A stretch of DNA of 64,000 nt from Pseudomonas aeruginosa PAO1 (GTDB lineage Bacteria; Pseudomonadota; Gammaproteobacteria; Pseudomonadales; Pseudomonadaceae). The stretch lies in NCBI RefSeq assembly GCF_000006765.1, contig NC_002516.2; one strand, given 5' to 3'. How positions within the stretch are numbered: position 1 is the stretch's first letter; each line of letters begins with the position of its first letter. This document shows, one piece after another, positions 18,667-28,436 of this stretch. The position numbers and the translations under genes are program-made. The notes below the pieces were generated by a model. That model saw only the letters and a program-made list of their open reading frames with translations, did no database searches and was not told the DNA's origin.

Positions 18667-18682
18667 GCTCCGGCCGGACAGG

Positions 18683-18719
18683 AAAAAGCCCGCGTCCTCC
18701 TGGAGGACGCGGGCTTTTT
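18683..18719. terminator. bidirectional intrinsic terminator
   Basis: AAAAAGCCCGCGTCCTCC-T-GGAGGACGCGGGCTTTTT perfect inverted repeat between oprE and aguA. Confidence 0.92.
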
Positions 18720-18800
18720 TCATTCATGGCGCCACTCGGCGTGCCGGGCCGGCCAGGGCGAACAGCGCCGCGGCTGGCCATCCGCCCTGCGGGATGCCCG

Positions 18801-19907
18801 TCAGGCCTTGCGCGGCGCCGGTTGCTGCTGGGTGATGCAATGGATGTTGCCGCCGCCGAGGAGGATCTCGCGCCCCGGGACCATCACCACCTCGTGCTCG
18901 GGGAACACGCGCTGGAGTATCGCCCTGGCCTCGGCGTCCTTGGGATCGTCGAAGCTCGGCGCGATGATGCCGCCGTTGACGATCAGGAAGTTCACGTAGG
19001 AGCCGGCCAGGCGAATGGAGGGATCGCGCGGCTGGCTGCCCTCGACGATATCCACGCCGTCGCACTCTTCCTGGGTCGCGTACAGCGGGCCGGGGATCGG
19101 CATCTTGTGTACCACCAGCTTGCGTCCCTTGGCGTCGCGGCTTTCTTCCAGCACGCGGAGGGCGGCCTGGCAGCGCAGGTAGTTCGGGTCGTCCTGGTCG
19201 TCGGTCCAGGCCAGCAGCACCTCGCCGGGACGCGCGTAGCAGCAGAAGTTGTCGACGTGGCCGTCGGTCTCGTCGTTGTAGAGGCCGTTCGGCAGCCAGA
19301 TGATGCTCTCCACCGCAAGGTAGTCGCGCAGGGTCCGCTCGATCTCCGCCTGGCTCAGGTGCGGGTTGCGGTTGTGGTTGAGCAGGCATTCCTCGGTGGT
19401 GATCAGCGTGCCTTCGCCGTCGACGTGGATCGAGCCGCCCTCGAGGACGAAGTCGTCGGTGCGGTAGCGGGCGCGCCGTTCGATCTCGAGGATCTTGCGT
19501 GCCACCTGGTCGTCGCGCTGCCAGGGGAAGTACAGGCCGCCTTCGAAGCCGCCCCAGGCGTTGAAGCCCCAGTCGACGCCGCGTACATCGCCCTTGTCGT
19601 CGATGACGAAGGTCGGGCCGGTGTCGCGGACCCAGGCATCGTCGCTGCTGATTTCCACGACGCGGATGTTGCCGTCGTCGAGGCGTGCGCGCGCGTTCTC
19701 GTACTGCCCGGCGCTGGCGCAGACGGTGACCGGCTCGAAGCGCGCGATGGCCTTGGCCACCGCGGCGAAGGCCGCCTGGGCCGGCTTGCCGCCGTTGCGC
19801 CAGTTGTCCGGGCGTTCCGGCCAGACCATCCAGGTCTGCTCGTGGGGTTCCCATTCGGCGGGCATGCGGAAGCCGTCGGCGCGTGGGGTGCTGGTCGGGT
19901 TGCTCAT
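18801..19907 (-). CDS. aguA: agmatine deiminase
   Basis: [48 protein letters not shown]. Confidence 0.97.
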
Positions 19908-19992
19908 CGCTGCTCCTGAAATCGTTGCTATGCGCGGCGGACGCCGGCGCGGAATGCGCGGGGCGTCCCCGCGCGGATCGTTTCCCGAGGCC

Positions 19993-20871
19993 TCAGGACT
20001 CCAGCGAACCGTCCAGGGTCTTCAGCGGACCGTAGAGGTTCGGCCGGCGGTCGCGGAACACGCCCCAGGCGCTGCGGGTGCGCTCCAGCGCATCGAGGTC
20101 GAAGGTGTGGACAAGGATACCTTCCTCGGTGCGGTTCAGCTCCTCGACTTTCTCGCCGAACGGGTCGGCGATGAACGAAGAACCATAGAAGGTGATGTCG
20201 TAGCCATCCTGCTCCTCGCGGCCGATGCGATTGGAAGCCACCAGCGGCATCAGGTTGGCTCCGGCATGGCCTTGCTGCACGCGTTGCCAGTGATCGCGCG
20301 AGCTGATGCTGGCGTCGTGCGGTTCGCTACCGATGGCGGTCGGGTAGAACAGGAGTTCCGCGCCGAGCAAGGCCATGCTGCGCGCCGATTCGGGGAACCA
20401 CTGGTCCCAGCAGATACCGACGCCGATCCGTGCGTAGCGGGTCTGCCAGACCTTGAAGCCGGTGTCGCCCGGATTGAAGTAGTACTTCTCGTGGTAGCCC
20501 GGGCCGTCCGGGATGTGGCTCTTGCGGTAGACCCCGAGGTTGCCGCCATCGGCGTCGATGACCGCGATGCTGTTGAAGCGGGCGCGCCCGGCGCGTTCGA
20601 AGAAGCTGATCGGCAATACCACCTGCAACTCCCGGGCGAGGGCCTGGAAGTGGGCGATGGCGGCGTTCTCCTCGACCGTGGTGGCCAGCTGCAGGTAGTC
20701 CGGGTTCGGCTTCTGGCAGAAGTAGGGGGTCTCGAACAGTTCCTGGATCAGGATGATCTGCGCACCCCTGGCGGCGGCCTGGCGCACCAGTTTCTCGGCG
20801 CGGGCGATGTTCGCCGGACGATCCCAGGAGCAGGCCATCTGGGTGGCGGCGACGGTGACGTTGCGGGTCAT
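19993..20871 (-). CDS. aguB: N-carbamoylputrescine amidohydrolase
   Basis: nitrilase triad: QELF, YRKSHIP, ICWDQW; PTAIGSEP. Confidence 0.97.
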
Positions 20872-20973
20872 GGAGCACCTCGTGTGCTGGCTCGGATGGC
20901 TGCCGGGCTTGGCGGCGGCCGGTTGTGGGTCGGGCGGGCGGGAACGGGGTGTCGCGCCCGATCGAGTGATGGG

Positions 20974-21061
20974 CGGATTTATATCCGATAAAAATCGGAC
21001 TGTGAAGCGGTTTAAGAGGGTGTTATGGATTTTCTATCGATTTAAATCGGATATAAATCCG
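20974..21061 (-). promoter_or_regulatory. aguBA sigma70 promoter with two TetR-type operators
   Basis: minus-strand -35 TTCACA (21001-06), 17-nt spacer containing the palindrome TCCGAT-N4-ATCGGA (20984-99), -10 TATAAA (20978-83); second imperfect site 21036-51. Confidence 0.8.
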
Positions 21062-21699
21062 GATAATGGTTCGCTACGCTTTTCCAGGATCGGCGGCAGG
21101 TAGAGCCCCAGGTAGGCGTCGAACACCCGCATGCCTTCTTCCGCCAGGCGTGCGTCGATGATCCCGTGACGCTGGACCGACAATGCGTAGACGCGATCGC
21201 CTAGCTCCATGGCCAGGCTGAAGATCTCGATATCGGTCGGCAGCGGTGGCAGCAGGAAATGCCGCTCGAACAGGGCGCGCATGGCCTGGCCGAGTTGCAC
21301 GTCATGCTGGCGATCGGCCTGGGTGACTTCGGCCAGGCCGTGGCTGGCGAGAATCAGTTGGCGGGCCGCCGCGTCGCGGGCGTAGACCGCCAGCATGCGC
21401 TCCTCGACGATCCGCGACAGGTCGCGCCAGCAGCGCAGGCCTGCATGGTCCACCGGCTGTTCGAGGCACGCGCGGAAGGCGGCGTGGACCTCGCCGGTCA
21501 GCCCCTGGAGCAGGGCCGGCACGCTGGGGAAGAAGTGGTAGACCGACGATGGTGGCATTTCCGCGCGTTCGGCCACGCTGTAGATGGACAGGCCGCCGAT
21601 GCCTTCGTCGGCGAGCAGGCCGCGGGCGGCGTCGAGGATCGCGGCGATCCGGGCCTGGCTGCTGGCGCGGGGCTTGCGGGTGGGCGAGGTGGGCTGCAT
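21034..21699 (-). CDS. aguR: TetR-family repressor of aguBA
   Basis: 221 aa; ILDAARGLLADEG...SIYSVAERAEMPPSSVYHFF. Confidence 0.93.
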   Translation of the reverse strand: MQPTSPTRKPRASSQARIAAILDAARGLLADEGIGGLSIYSVAERAEMPPSSVYHFFPSVPALLQGLTGEVHAAFRACLEQPVDHAGLRCWRDLSRIVEERMLAVYARDAAARQLILASHGLAEVTQADRQHDVQLGQAMRALFERHFLLPPLPTDIEIFSLAMELGDRVYALSVQRHGIIDARLAEEGMRVFDAYLGLYLPPILEKRSEPLSGFISDLNR

Positions 21700-21761
21700 G
21701 TGGCGGGTCTCCGGGCGTGAGCGGCTATTGGACGCCAGCTCACGCGACCGGGGCAAGCCGC

Positions 21762-22823
21762 TCAGTGGCTGGCGCCGCGGAAGGCCTTCCAGATCTCGTC
21801 GACCACCGGCCGGAGTTTTTCCGGCGGCGTTTCCAGGGCGAACAGGCGGCGGCTGGTGTCGCGGTCCGGATACAGGCCGGGTTGCTGGCGCAGGGCGGGA
21901 TCGAGGAAGCCGGCGGCGTCGGCGTTGCCGCTGGGGTAGAGGGTGGCGGCGGTGATCTGTGCGGCGATCTTCGGTTGCATCAGGTAGTCGATGAAACGGT
22001 GCGCCTCGCGTGGATGCTGGGCGCCGGCCGGGATCACCAGGTTGTCGATGAACAGCACCGAGCCTTCCTGCGGTACCTCGAAACTTACCGGCTGGCCCGC
22101 CTTGGCCGCGCGCAGGGCGTCGCCGACCCAGGCCATGGCCAGGCAGAGGCGACCGCCTTCGAGGTCGGCGATGTAGCGCTCGCTGTCGACGTAGCGCAGG
22201 TTCGGTCGCAGTCCGTGCAGCGCCTCGGCGGCGCGGCGTACCTGGCTCGGCGCAGTACGACCGAGGTTGCGGCCCTGGTAGTTGAGGAGGATCGCCAGGG
22301 TTTCGTCCGGCGCGTCCAGCAGGCTGATGCCGCAGCTTTTCAGGCGCTGGCTCTGGCTGGCGTCGAACAGCAGGCTCCAGCTGTTGGGCAGCGGCCCGCC
22401 ATAGGCGGCTTCGGCCTGCGGGGTATTGATGGCCAGGCCTACGGCACCCCATAGATAGGGGACGGCGTGGCGATTGTCAGGATCGACCGCGGCCAGTTTG
22501 CTCAGCAATTGACGGTCGAGATGGCTGCGGTTGGGCAGCTGGGTGAAGTCCAGCGGCCGCAGCAGGTTGTCCTTCAGCAGGGCCGGCAGGGTGTCGTGGG
22601 AGGGGACGGCGACGTCGATCGCCTCGCCACTGCGCAGCGCCTTGTCCAGTTCCTCGGCGGTGGCGAAGGTGTGGTACTCGACGCGGATGCCGGTGTCCTT
22701 CTGGAAGGACTCGAGCACCTGCGGGTCGATGTAGTCGTTCCAGTTGTAGACGCGCAGGGTCTCCTCGGCCTGGGCCAGCCAGGGTGCGAGGGCGAGGAAC
22801 AGCAGGGCGGAAAGGCGGGGCAT
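21762..22823 (-). CDS. polyamine-family periplasmic binding protein (PotD/PotF-like), no adjacent permease
   Basis: signal peptide; LRVYNWNDYI, VPYLWG, FIDYLMQP. Confidence 0.92.
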   Translation of the reverse strand: MPRLSALLFLALAPWLAQAEETLRVYNWNDYIDPQVLESFQKDTGIRVEYHTFATAEELDKALRSGEAIDVAVPSHDTLPALLKDNLLRPLDFTQLPNRSHLDRQLLSKLAAVDPDNRHAVPYLWGAVGLAINTPQAEAAYGGPLPNSWSLLFDASQSQRLKSCGISLLDAPDETLAILLNYQGRNLGRTAPSQVRRAAEALHGLRPNLRYVDSERYIADLEGGRLCLAMAWVGDALRAAKAGQPVSFEVPQEGSVLFIDNLVIPAGAQHPREAHRFIDYLMQPKIAAQITAATLYPSGNADAAGFLDPALRQQPGLYPDRDTSRRLFALETPPEKLRPVVDEIWKAFRGASH

Positions 22824-23078
22824 GGAATCTTCTCGCTGGACGGAACGGAGCGGACGATGGTGCCGGAGCCAGGCGGCAGAGGCATTGATGCAGGCCAGCA
22901 TCGAGTCTGGCGGGAGGCGTGGCGGCAGGCTGTGCCGTGGCGCACATTTCCCGGTTCCGAGAAAAGGACCGGGGCGGTTTCCCAGACACAGACGCCCCCG
23001 CGTTGAGTGTCTGCGAAACCGCCCCGGATTTCGCTGCGTACGGCGCCGGCCCAGGACCGGCGCGCCGATACCGCTACC

Positions 23079-24455
23079 TCAGACGGTATGCAGGTACCAG
23101 TTGTACTCGAGGTCGGAGATCGAGTGCTCGAACTCCTCCAGCTCGCTTTCCTTGCAGGCGACGAAGATGTCGATGTACTTCGGGTCGATGTACTTCGCCA
23201 TGATCTCGCTTTCGTCCAGCTCGCGCAGGGCGTCGCGCAGGTTGTTCGGCAGGCTCGGCTCCATCTGCTCGTAGGAGTTGCCTTCGATCGGCGCGCCCGG
23301 CTCGACCTTGTTGGTCAGCCCGTGATGAACGCCTGCCAGCACCGCTGCCAGTAGCAGGTAGGGGTTGGCGTCGGCGCCGGCCACGCGGTGTTCCAGGCGT
23401 ACCGCGTCCGGGCTGCCGGTGGGCACGCGCAGGGCCACGGTGCGGTTGTCCAGGCCCCAGCTCGGCGCGTTCGGCACGTAGAACTGCGAACCGAAGCGGC
23501 GGTAGGAGTTGACGTTCGGGCAGAGGAAGGCCATGGAGGCCGGCAGGGTCTCGAGCACACCGCCGATCGCATGGCGCAATGCGGCGTTCTGCTCGGGATC
23601 CTCGCTGGTGAAGATGTTGTTGCCATGCTTGTCGAGCAGCGAGATATGCACGTGCAGTCCGTTCCCGGCCTGGCCCGGATAGGGCTTGGCCATGAAGGTG
23701 GTGTCCATCTCGTGGTCGTAGGCGATGTTCTTGACCAGGCGCTTGAGCAGCACCGCGTGGTCGCAGGCCTTGAGGGCGTCGTTGACGTGGTTGAGGTTGA
23801 CCTCGAACTGCGCCGGTGCGGATTCGGCGACGATGGCGTCGGCCGGGATGCCCTGGGCGCGGGCGCCGTCGATGATGTCCTGGAGGCACTCGACGTATTC
23901 GTCGAGGTCGTCGATGGAGTACACCTGCACCGACTGCGGACGTTTGCCGGAGATCGGCGAGCGCGGCGGTTGCGGCCGGCCGTTCACGTTCTCCTGGTCG
24001 ATCAGGTAGAACTCCAGCTCGAAGGCGGCGACGATGGTCAGTTCCATCTCGGTGAACCTGGCCACCACCTGGCGCAGGACTTCGCGGGGGTCGGCGAAGA
24101 ACGGCTCGCCTTCCAGTTCGTGCATGGTCATCAGCAGTTGCGCGGTCGGGCGCTTCTGCCAGGGTTCCATGGAGAGGGTGCCGGGGATCGGGTAGCAGAT
24201 CCGGTCGGCGTCGCCGATGTCGAGACCCAGGCCGGTACTCTCTACGGTGGAGCCGGTGATATCGAGGGCGAACAGGGAAGCGGGAAGGTTGATACCTTTT
24301 TCGAAGACTTTGTTCAGACTGTTGCGTTCGATCCGCTTGCCGCGAACCACGCCATTCATGTCTGCAATAAGGAGGTCGACGAACTGGACCTCGGGATGTT
24401 CCTTGAGGAACTCGCTCGGTTCAGTGAGCTGAACGGCACGCTGGGGTACCGACAT
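23079..24455 (-). CDS. spuI: gamma-glutamylpolyamine synthetase (GS-like)
   Basis: DMNGVVRGK, AFELEFYL, ESAPAQFEVN, FMAKP, NRTVALRVP, LEHRVAGADANPYL; also called pauA1. Confidence 0.93.
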   Translation of the reverse strand: MSVPQRAVQLTEPSEFLKEHPEVQFVDLLIADMNGVVRGKRIERNSLNKVFEKGINLPASLFALDITGSTVESTGLGLDIGDADRICYPIPGTLSMEPWQKRPTAQLLMTMHELEGEPFFADPREVLRQVVARFTEMELTIVAAFELEFYLIDQENVNGRPQPPRSPISGKRPQSVQVYSIDDLDEYVECLQDIIDGARAQGIPADAIVAESAPAQFEVNLNHVNDALKACDHAVLLKRLVKNIAYDHEMDTTFMAKPYPGQAGNGLHVHISLLDKHGNNIFTSEDPEQNAALRHAIGGVLETLPASMAFLCPNVNSYRRFGSQFYVPNAPSWGLDNRTVALRVPTGSPDAVRLEHRVAGADANPYLLLAAVLAGVHHGLTNKVEPGAPIEGNSYEQMEPSLPNNLRDALRELDESEIMAKYIDPKYIDIFVACKESELEEFEHSISDLEYNWYLHTV

Positions 24456-24733
24456 GATGCAACACCTTTTTTGTTAAAAATTTCAATCATGCGGGGGGTA
24501 GGCTATGAGTCAATCCGAAAGCCTGTGGGATGTCAATAGCCGCCAAAAACGCCCTCTTGTGGGGCGTTGAGGCCGTTTTCAGGGCATTTTCGCCGGACGA
24601 AAAGCCGAAAAAAACCTCGCGTCGAAGGGTGTTCAGGAGTGCGTGTTCAATTTTTTACAGGCCTATTGTGTAAAAAAATGAACAACGCTAAGCTCGGCCA
24701 AACCCCATAACATCTACAAACAACGGGTGTCTC
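24456..24733. ncRNA. spuI-spuA intergenic region, reported location of Pseudomonas sRNA P1
   Basis: recall that P1 maps between the GS-like and glutamine amidotransferase genes; ends and strand cannot be derived from the sequence. Confidence 0.35.
24644..24694 (+). promoter_or_regulatory. candidate PauR operator (16-bp inverted repeat) overlapping the spuA promoter
   Basis: TGTTCAATTTTTTACA (24644-59) / TGTAAAAAAATGAACA (24669-84), 1 mismatch; -35 TTGTGT (24666-71), 17 nt, -10 TAAGCT (24689-94). Confidence 0.7.
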
Positions 24734-25486
24734 ATGTCTCGCCTGCCGTTAATCGGCGTCACCGCCTGCACCAAGCAGATCGGTCTTCATCCCTACCATA
24801 TTGCCGGCGACAAATATCTGCGTGCCGTCGTCAACGGCGCTGGCGGTCTCCCGCTGATCATTCCTGCGCTGGGCGAGTCGATCGACCAGGCAGCCCTGCT
24901 GGACAGCGTCGACGGCTTGCTCTTCACTGGCTCGCCGTCGAACGTCGAGCCCCGTCATTATAGTGGACCGGCGAGCGAGCCCGGCACCCTCCACGACTCC
25001 GACCGCGACGCCACTACGTTGCCGCTGGTCCGCGCCGCCATCGACGCCGGCATTCCGGTCCTCGGCATCTGCCGCGGTTTCCAGGAAATGAACGTGGCTT
25101 TCGGCGGCAGCCTGCACCAGAAGGTGCACGAGGTCGGAACCTTCATGGACCACCGCGAGCCGGCCGACCAGCCGCTCGAGGTTCAGTACGCGCCGCGCCA
25201 TGCCATGCATGTGCAGCCGGGCGGAGTGCTCGCCGGTATCGGCTTGCCGAGCGAGTTCCAGGTCAATTCCATCCATGGCCAGGGCGTTGATCGTCTGGCG
25301 CCGGGCCTTCGAGTAGAAGCACTGGCGCCTGACGGGTTGGTCGAAGCCATCTCCGTAGAAGGTGCAAAAGCCTTCGCTCTTGGTGTGCAATGGCACCCGG
25401 AGTGGCAGGTTCTGACGAACCCCAACTATCTCGCTATCTTCCAGGCTTTCGGTAAGGCCTGCAGCAAGAGGGCGGGGCAACGTTGA
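24734..25486 (+). CDS. spuA: gamma-glutamyl-GABA hydrolase-type glutamine amidotransferase
   Basis: LGICRGFQEMNV, VNSIHGQG, VQWHPE. Confidence 0.94.
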   Translation: MSRLPLIGVTACTKQIGLHPYHIAGDKYLRAVVNGAGGLPLIIPALGESIDQAALLDSVDGLLFTGSPSNVEPRHYSGPASEPGTLHDSDRDATTLPLVRAAIDAGIPVLGICRGFQEMNVAFGGSLHQKVHEVGTFMDHREPADQPLEVQYAPRHAMHVQPGGVLAGIGLPSEFQVNSIHGQGVDRLAPGLRVEALAPDGLVEAISVEGAKAFALGVQWHPEWQVLTNPNYLAIFQAFGKACSKRAGQR

Positions 25487-25526
25487 GTCCGGCTGTTGGG
25501 GCCGGACTCTCAACCCTGAGGTCTTT

Positions 25527-26885
25527 ATGACTACCAAGTTAGACCAGCTGACCAGCTGGCTGAAGGAACGCAAGATCACCGAAGTGGAATGCCTGATTTC
25601 CGATCTGACAGGCATCGCCCGCGGCAAGATCTCGCCGACCAACAAATTCATCGCGGAAAAGGGCATGCGCCTGCCGGAGAGCGTTCTGCTGCAGACCGTC
25701 ACCGGCGACTACGTGGAAGACGACATTTACTACGACCTGCTCGACCCGGCCGACATCGATATGGTCTGCCGCCCGGACGAGAATGCCGTGTTCCTCGTCC
25801 CCTGGGCCATCGAGCCCACCGCGATGGTGATCCACGACACCTTCGACAAGCTCGGCAATCCCATCGAGCTGTCGCCGCGCAACATCCTCAAGCGCGTGTT
25901 GAAGATGTATGCCGACAAGGGCTGGCGGCCGATCGTGGCGCCAGAGATGGAGTTCTACCTGACCAAGCGCAGCGACGACCCCGACTATCCGTTGCAGGCC
26001 CCGGTGGGCCGCTCCGGACGCCAGGAAACCGGGCGTCAGTCGTTCTCCATCGACGCCGCCAACGAGTTCGACCCGCTGTTCGAGGACATGTACGACTGGT
26101 GCGAGGCCCAGGGCCTTGACCTGGATACGCTGATCCACGAGGAAGGCACCGCGCAGATGGAGATCAACTTCCGTCATGGCGACGCCCTCGACCTGGCCGA
26201 CCAGATCCTGGTGTTCAAGCGCACCATGCGCGAGGCCGCGCTCAAGCACAACGTCGCCGCGACCTTCATGGCCAAGCCGATGACCGGCGAGCCGGGCAGC
26301 GCGATGCACCTGCACCAGAGCATCGTCGACGTGAAGACCGGCAAGAACATCTTCTCCAATGCCGACGGCACCATGAGCGAGCTGTTCCTGCACCATATCG
26401 GCGGCCTGCAGAAGTTCATCCCGGAAGTGCTGCCGCTGTTCGCGCCCAACGTGAACTCGTTCCGCCGCTTCCTGCCCGATACCTCGGCGCCGGTGAACGT
26501 CGAGTGGGGCGAAGAGAACCGTACCGTCGGCCTGCGCGTGCCGGACTCCAGCCCGGAGAACCGCCGGGTCGAGAACCGTCTCGCCGGCGCCGACGCCAAC
26601 CCTTACCTGGCGCTGGCTGCCAGCCTGCTGTGCGGCTACATCGGCATGGTCGAAGGCATCAAGCCGAGCGCCCAGGTCAAAGGTCGCGGCTATGAACGCC
26701 GCAACCTGCGCCTGCCGCTGACGATCGAAGCGGCGCTGGAGCGCATGGAGAACTGCAAGCCCCTCGAGCAGTATCTCGGCAGCAAGTTCATCAGCGGCTA
26801 CGTCGCGGTGAAGCGTGCGGAGCACGAGAATTTCAAGCGGGTAATCAGCTCCTGGGAGCGGGAATTCCTCCTGCTTTCCGTTTGA
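25527..26885 (+). CDS. spuB: gamma-glutamylpolyamine synthetase (GS-like)
   Basis: GIARGK, APEMEFYL, HEEGTAQMEIN, FMAKP, ENRLAGADANPYL; also called pauA2. Confidence 0.94.
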   Translation: MTTKLDQLTSWLKERKITEVECLISDLTGIARGKISPTNKFIAEKGMRLPESVLLQTVTGDYVEDDIYYDLLDPADIDMVCRPDENAVFLVPWAIEPTAMVIHDTFDKLGNPIELSPRNILKRVLKMYADKGWRPIVAPEMEFYLTKRSDDPDYPLQAPVGRSGRQETGRQSFSIDAANEFDPLFEDMYDWCEAQGLDLDTLIHEEGTAQMEINFRHGDALDLADQILVFKRTMREAALKHNVAATFMAKPMTGEPGSAMHLHQSIVDVKTGKNIFSNADGTMSELFLHHIGGLQKFIPEVLPLFAPNVNSFRRFLPDTSAPVNVEWGEENRTVGLRVPDSSPENRRVENRLAGADANPYLALAASLLCGYIGMVEGIKPSAQVKGRGYERRNLRLPLTIEAALERMENCKPLEQYLGSKFISGYVAVKRAEHENFKRVISSWEREFLLLSV

Positions 26886-26950
26886 TCCTGACCGGGGGCG
26901 GCCGGCGTGGTCCGCCGCTCCCGGACAGTCTTGAATAGAAGAGGTGTGAC

Positions 26951-28321
26951 ATGAACAGCCAAATCACCAACGCCAAGACCCGTGAGTGGCAGGCGTTGAG
27001 CCGCGACCACCATCTGCCGCCGTTCACCGACTACAAGCAGTTGAACGAGAAGGGCGCGCGGATCATCACCAAGGCCGAAGGCGTCTATATCTGGGACAGC
27101 GAGGGCAACAAGATCCTCGATGCGATGGCCGGCCTCTGGTGCGTCAACGTCGGCTACGGCCGCGAGGAGCTGGTCCAGGCCGCCACCCGGCAGATGCGCG
27201 AGTTGCCGTTCTACAACCTGTTCTTCCAGACCGCCCACCCGCCGGTGGTCGAGCTGGCCAAGGCGATCGCCGACGTCGCTCCGGAAGGCATGAACCACGT
27301 GTTCTTCACCGGCTCCGGCTCCGAGGCCAACGACACCGTGCTGCGTATGGTCCGCCACTATTGGGCGACCAAGGGCCAGCCGCAGAAGAAAGTGGTGATC
27401 GGCCGCTGGAACGGCTACCACGGCTCCACCGTCGCCGGCGTCAGCCTGGGCGGCATGAAGGCGTTGCATGAGCAGGGTGATTTCCCCATCCCGGGCATCG
27501 TCCACATCGCCCAGCCCTACTGGTACGGCGAGGGCGGCGACATGTCGCCGGACGAGTTCGGCGTCTGGGCCGCCGAGCAGTTGGAGAAGAAGATTCTCGA
27601 AGTGGGCGAGGAAAACGTCGCCGCCTTCATCGCCGAGCCGATCCAGGGCGCCGGCGGCGTGATCGTCCCGCCGGACACCTACTGGCCGAAGATCCGCGAG
27701 ATCCTCGCCAAGTACGACATCCTGTTCATCGCCGACGAAGTGATCTGCGGCTTCGGCCGTACCGGCGAGTGGTTCGGCAGCCAGTACTACGGCAACGCCC
27801 CGGACCTGATGCCGATCGCCAAGGGCCTCACCTCCGGCTACATCCCCATGGGCGGGGTGGTGGTGCGCGACGAGATCGTCGAAGTGCTCAACCAGGGCGG
27901 CGAGTTCTACCACGGCTTCACCTATTCCGGTCACCCGGTGGCGGCCGCCGTGGCCCTGGAGAACATCCGCATCCTGCGCGAAGAGAAGATCATCGAGAAG
28001 GTGAAGGCGGAAACGGCACCGTATTTGCAGAAACGCTGGCAGGAGCTGGCCGACCACCCGTTGGTGGGCGAAGCGCGCGGGGTCGGCATGGTCGCCGCCC
28101 TGGAGCTGGTCAAGAACAAGAAGACCCGCGAGCGTTTCACCGACAAGGGCGTCGGGATGCTGTGCCGGGAACATTGTTTCCGCAACGGTTTGATCATGCG
28201 CGCGGTGGGCGACACTATGATTATCTCGCCGCCGCTGGTGATCGATCCGTCGCAGATCGATGAGTTGATCACCCTGGCGCGCAAGTGCCTCGATCAGACC
28301 GCCGCCGCCGTCCTGGCTTGA
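26951..28321 (+). CDS. spuC: putrescine:pyruvate aminotransferase (class III PLP)
   Basis: DAMAGLWC, GSGSEAND, AEPIQGAGG, DEVICGFGRTG, AKGLTSGY. Confidence 0.96.
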   Translation: MNSQITNAKTREWQALSRDHHLPPFTDYKQLNEKGARIITKAEGVYIWDSEGNKILDAMAGLWCVNVGYGREELVQAATRQMRELPFYNLFFQTAHPPVVELAKAIADVAPEGMNHVFFTGSGSEANDTVLRMVRHYWATKGQPQKKVVIGRWNGYHGSTVAGVSLGGMKALHEQGDFPIPGIVHIAQPYWYGEGGDMSPDEFGVWAAEQLEKKILEVGEENVAAFIAEPIQGAGGVIVPPDTYWPKIREILAKYDILFIADEVICGFGRTGEWFGSQYYGNAPDLMPIAKGLTSGYIPMGGVVVRDEIVEVLNQGGEFYHGFTYSGHPVAAAVALENIRILREEKIIEKVKAETAPYLQKRWQELADHPLVGEARGVGMVAALELVKNKKTRERFTDKGVGMLCREHCFRNGLIMRAVGDTMIISPPLVIDPSQIDELITLARKCLDQTAAAVLA

Positions 28322-28436
28322 GTCCCTGAGCGGACTTTTGCCAGACTGCGCCAGTGCGTTGGCCAGGCTCACCGGGTGGTGACGCGATCGGTTGCGCCAC
28401 CGCCCGGATACTTCAACAAAAATGGAGCTACCCCGC

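Noticed and set aside
21029-21057. Mirror-image promoter antisense to aguR (TATAAA at 21052-57)
   Set aside because: The position 17 nt upstream reads ATTTTC, a poor -35; better explained as part of the operator repeat.
25391-25406. TGGCAC sigma54-like site inside spuA
   Set aside because: Spacing is GG-N11-GC, not the required N10.
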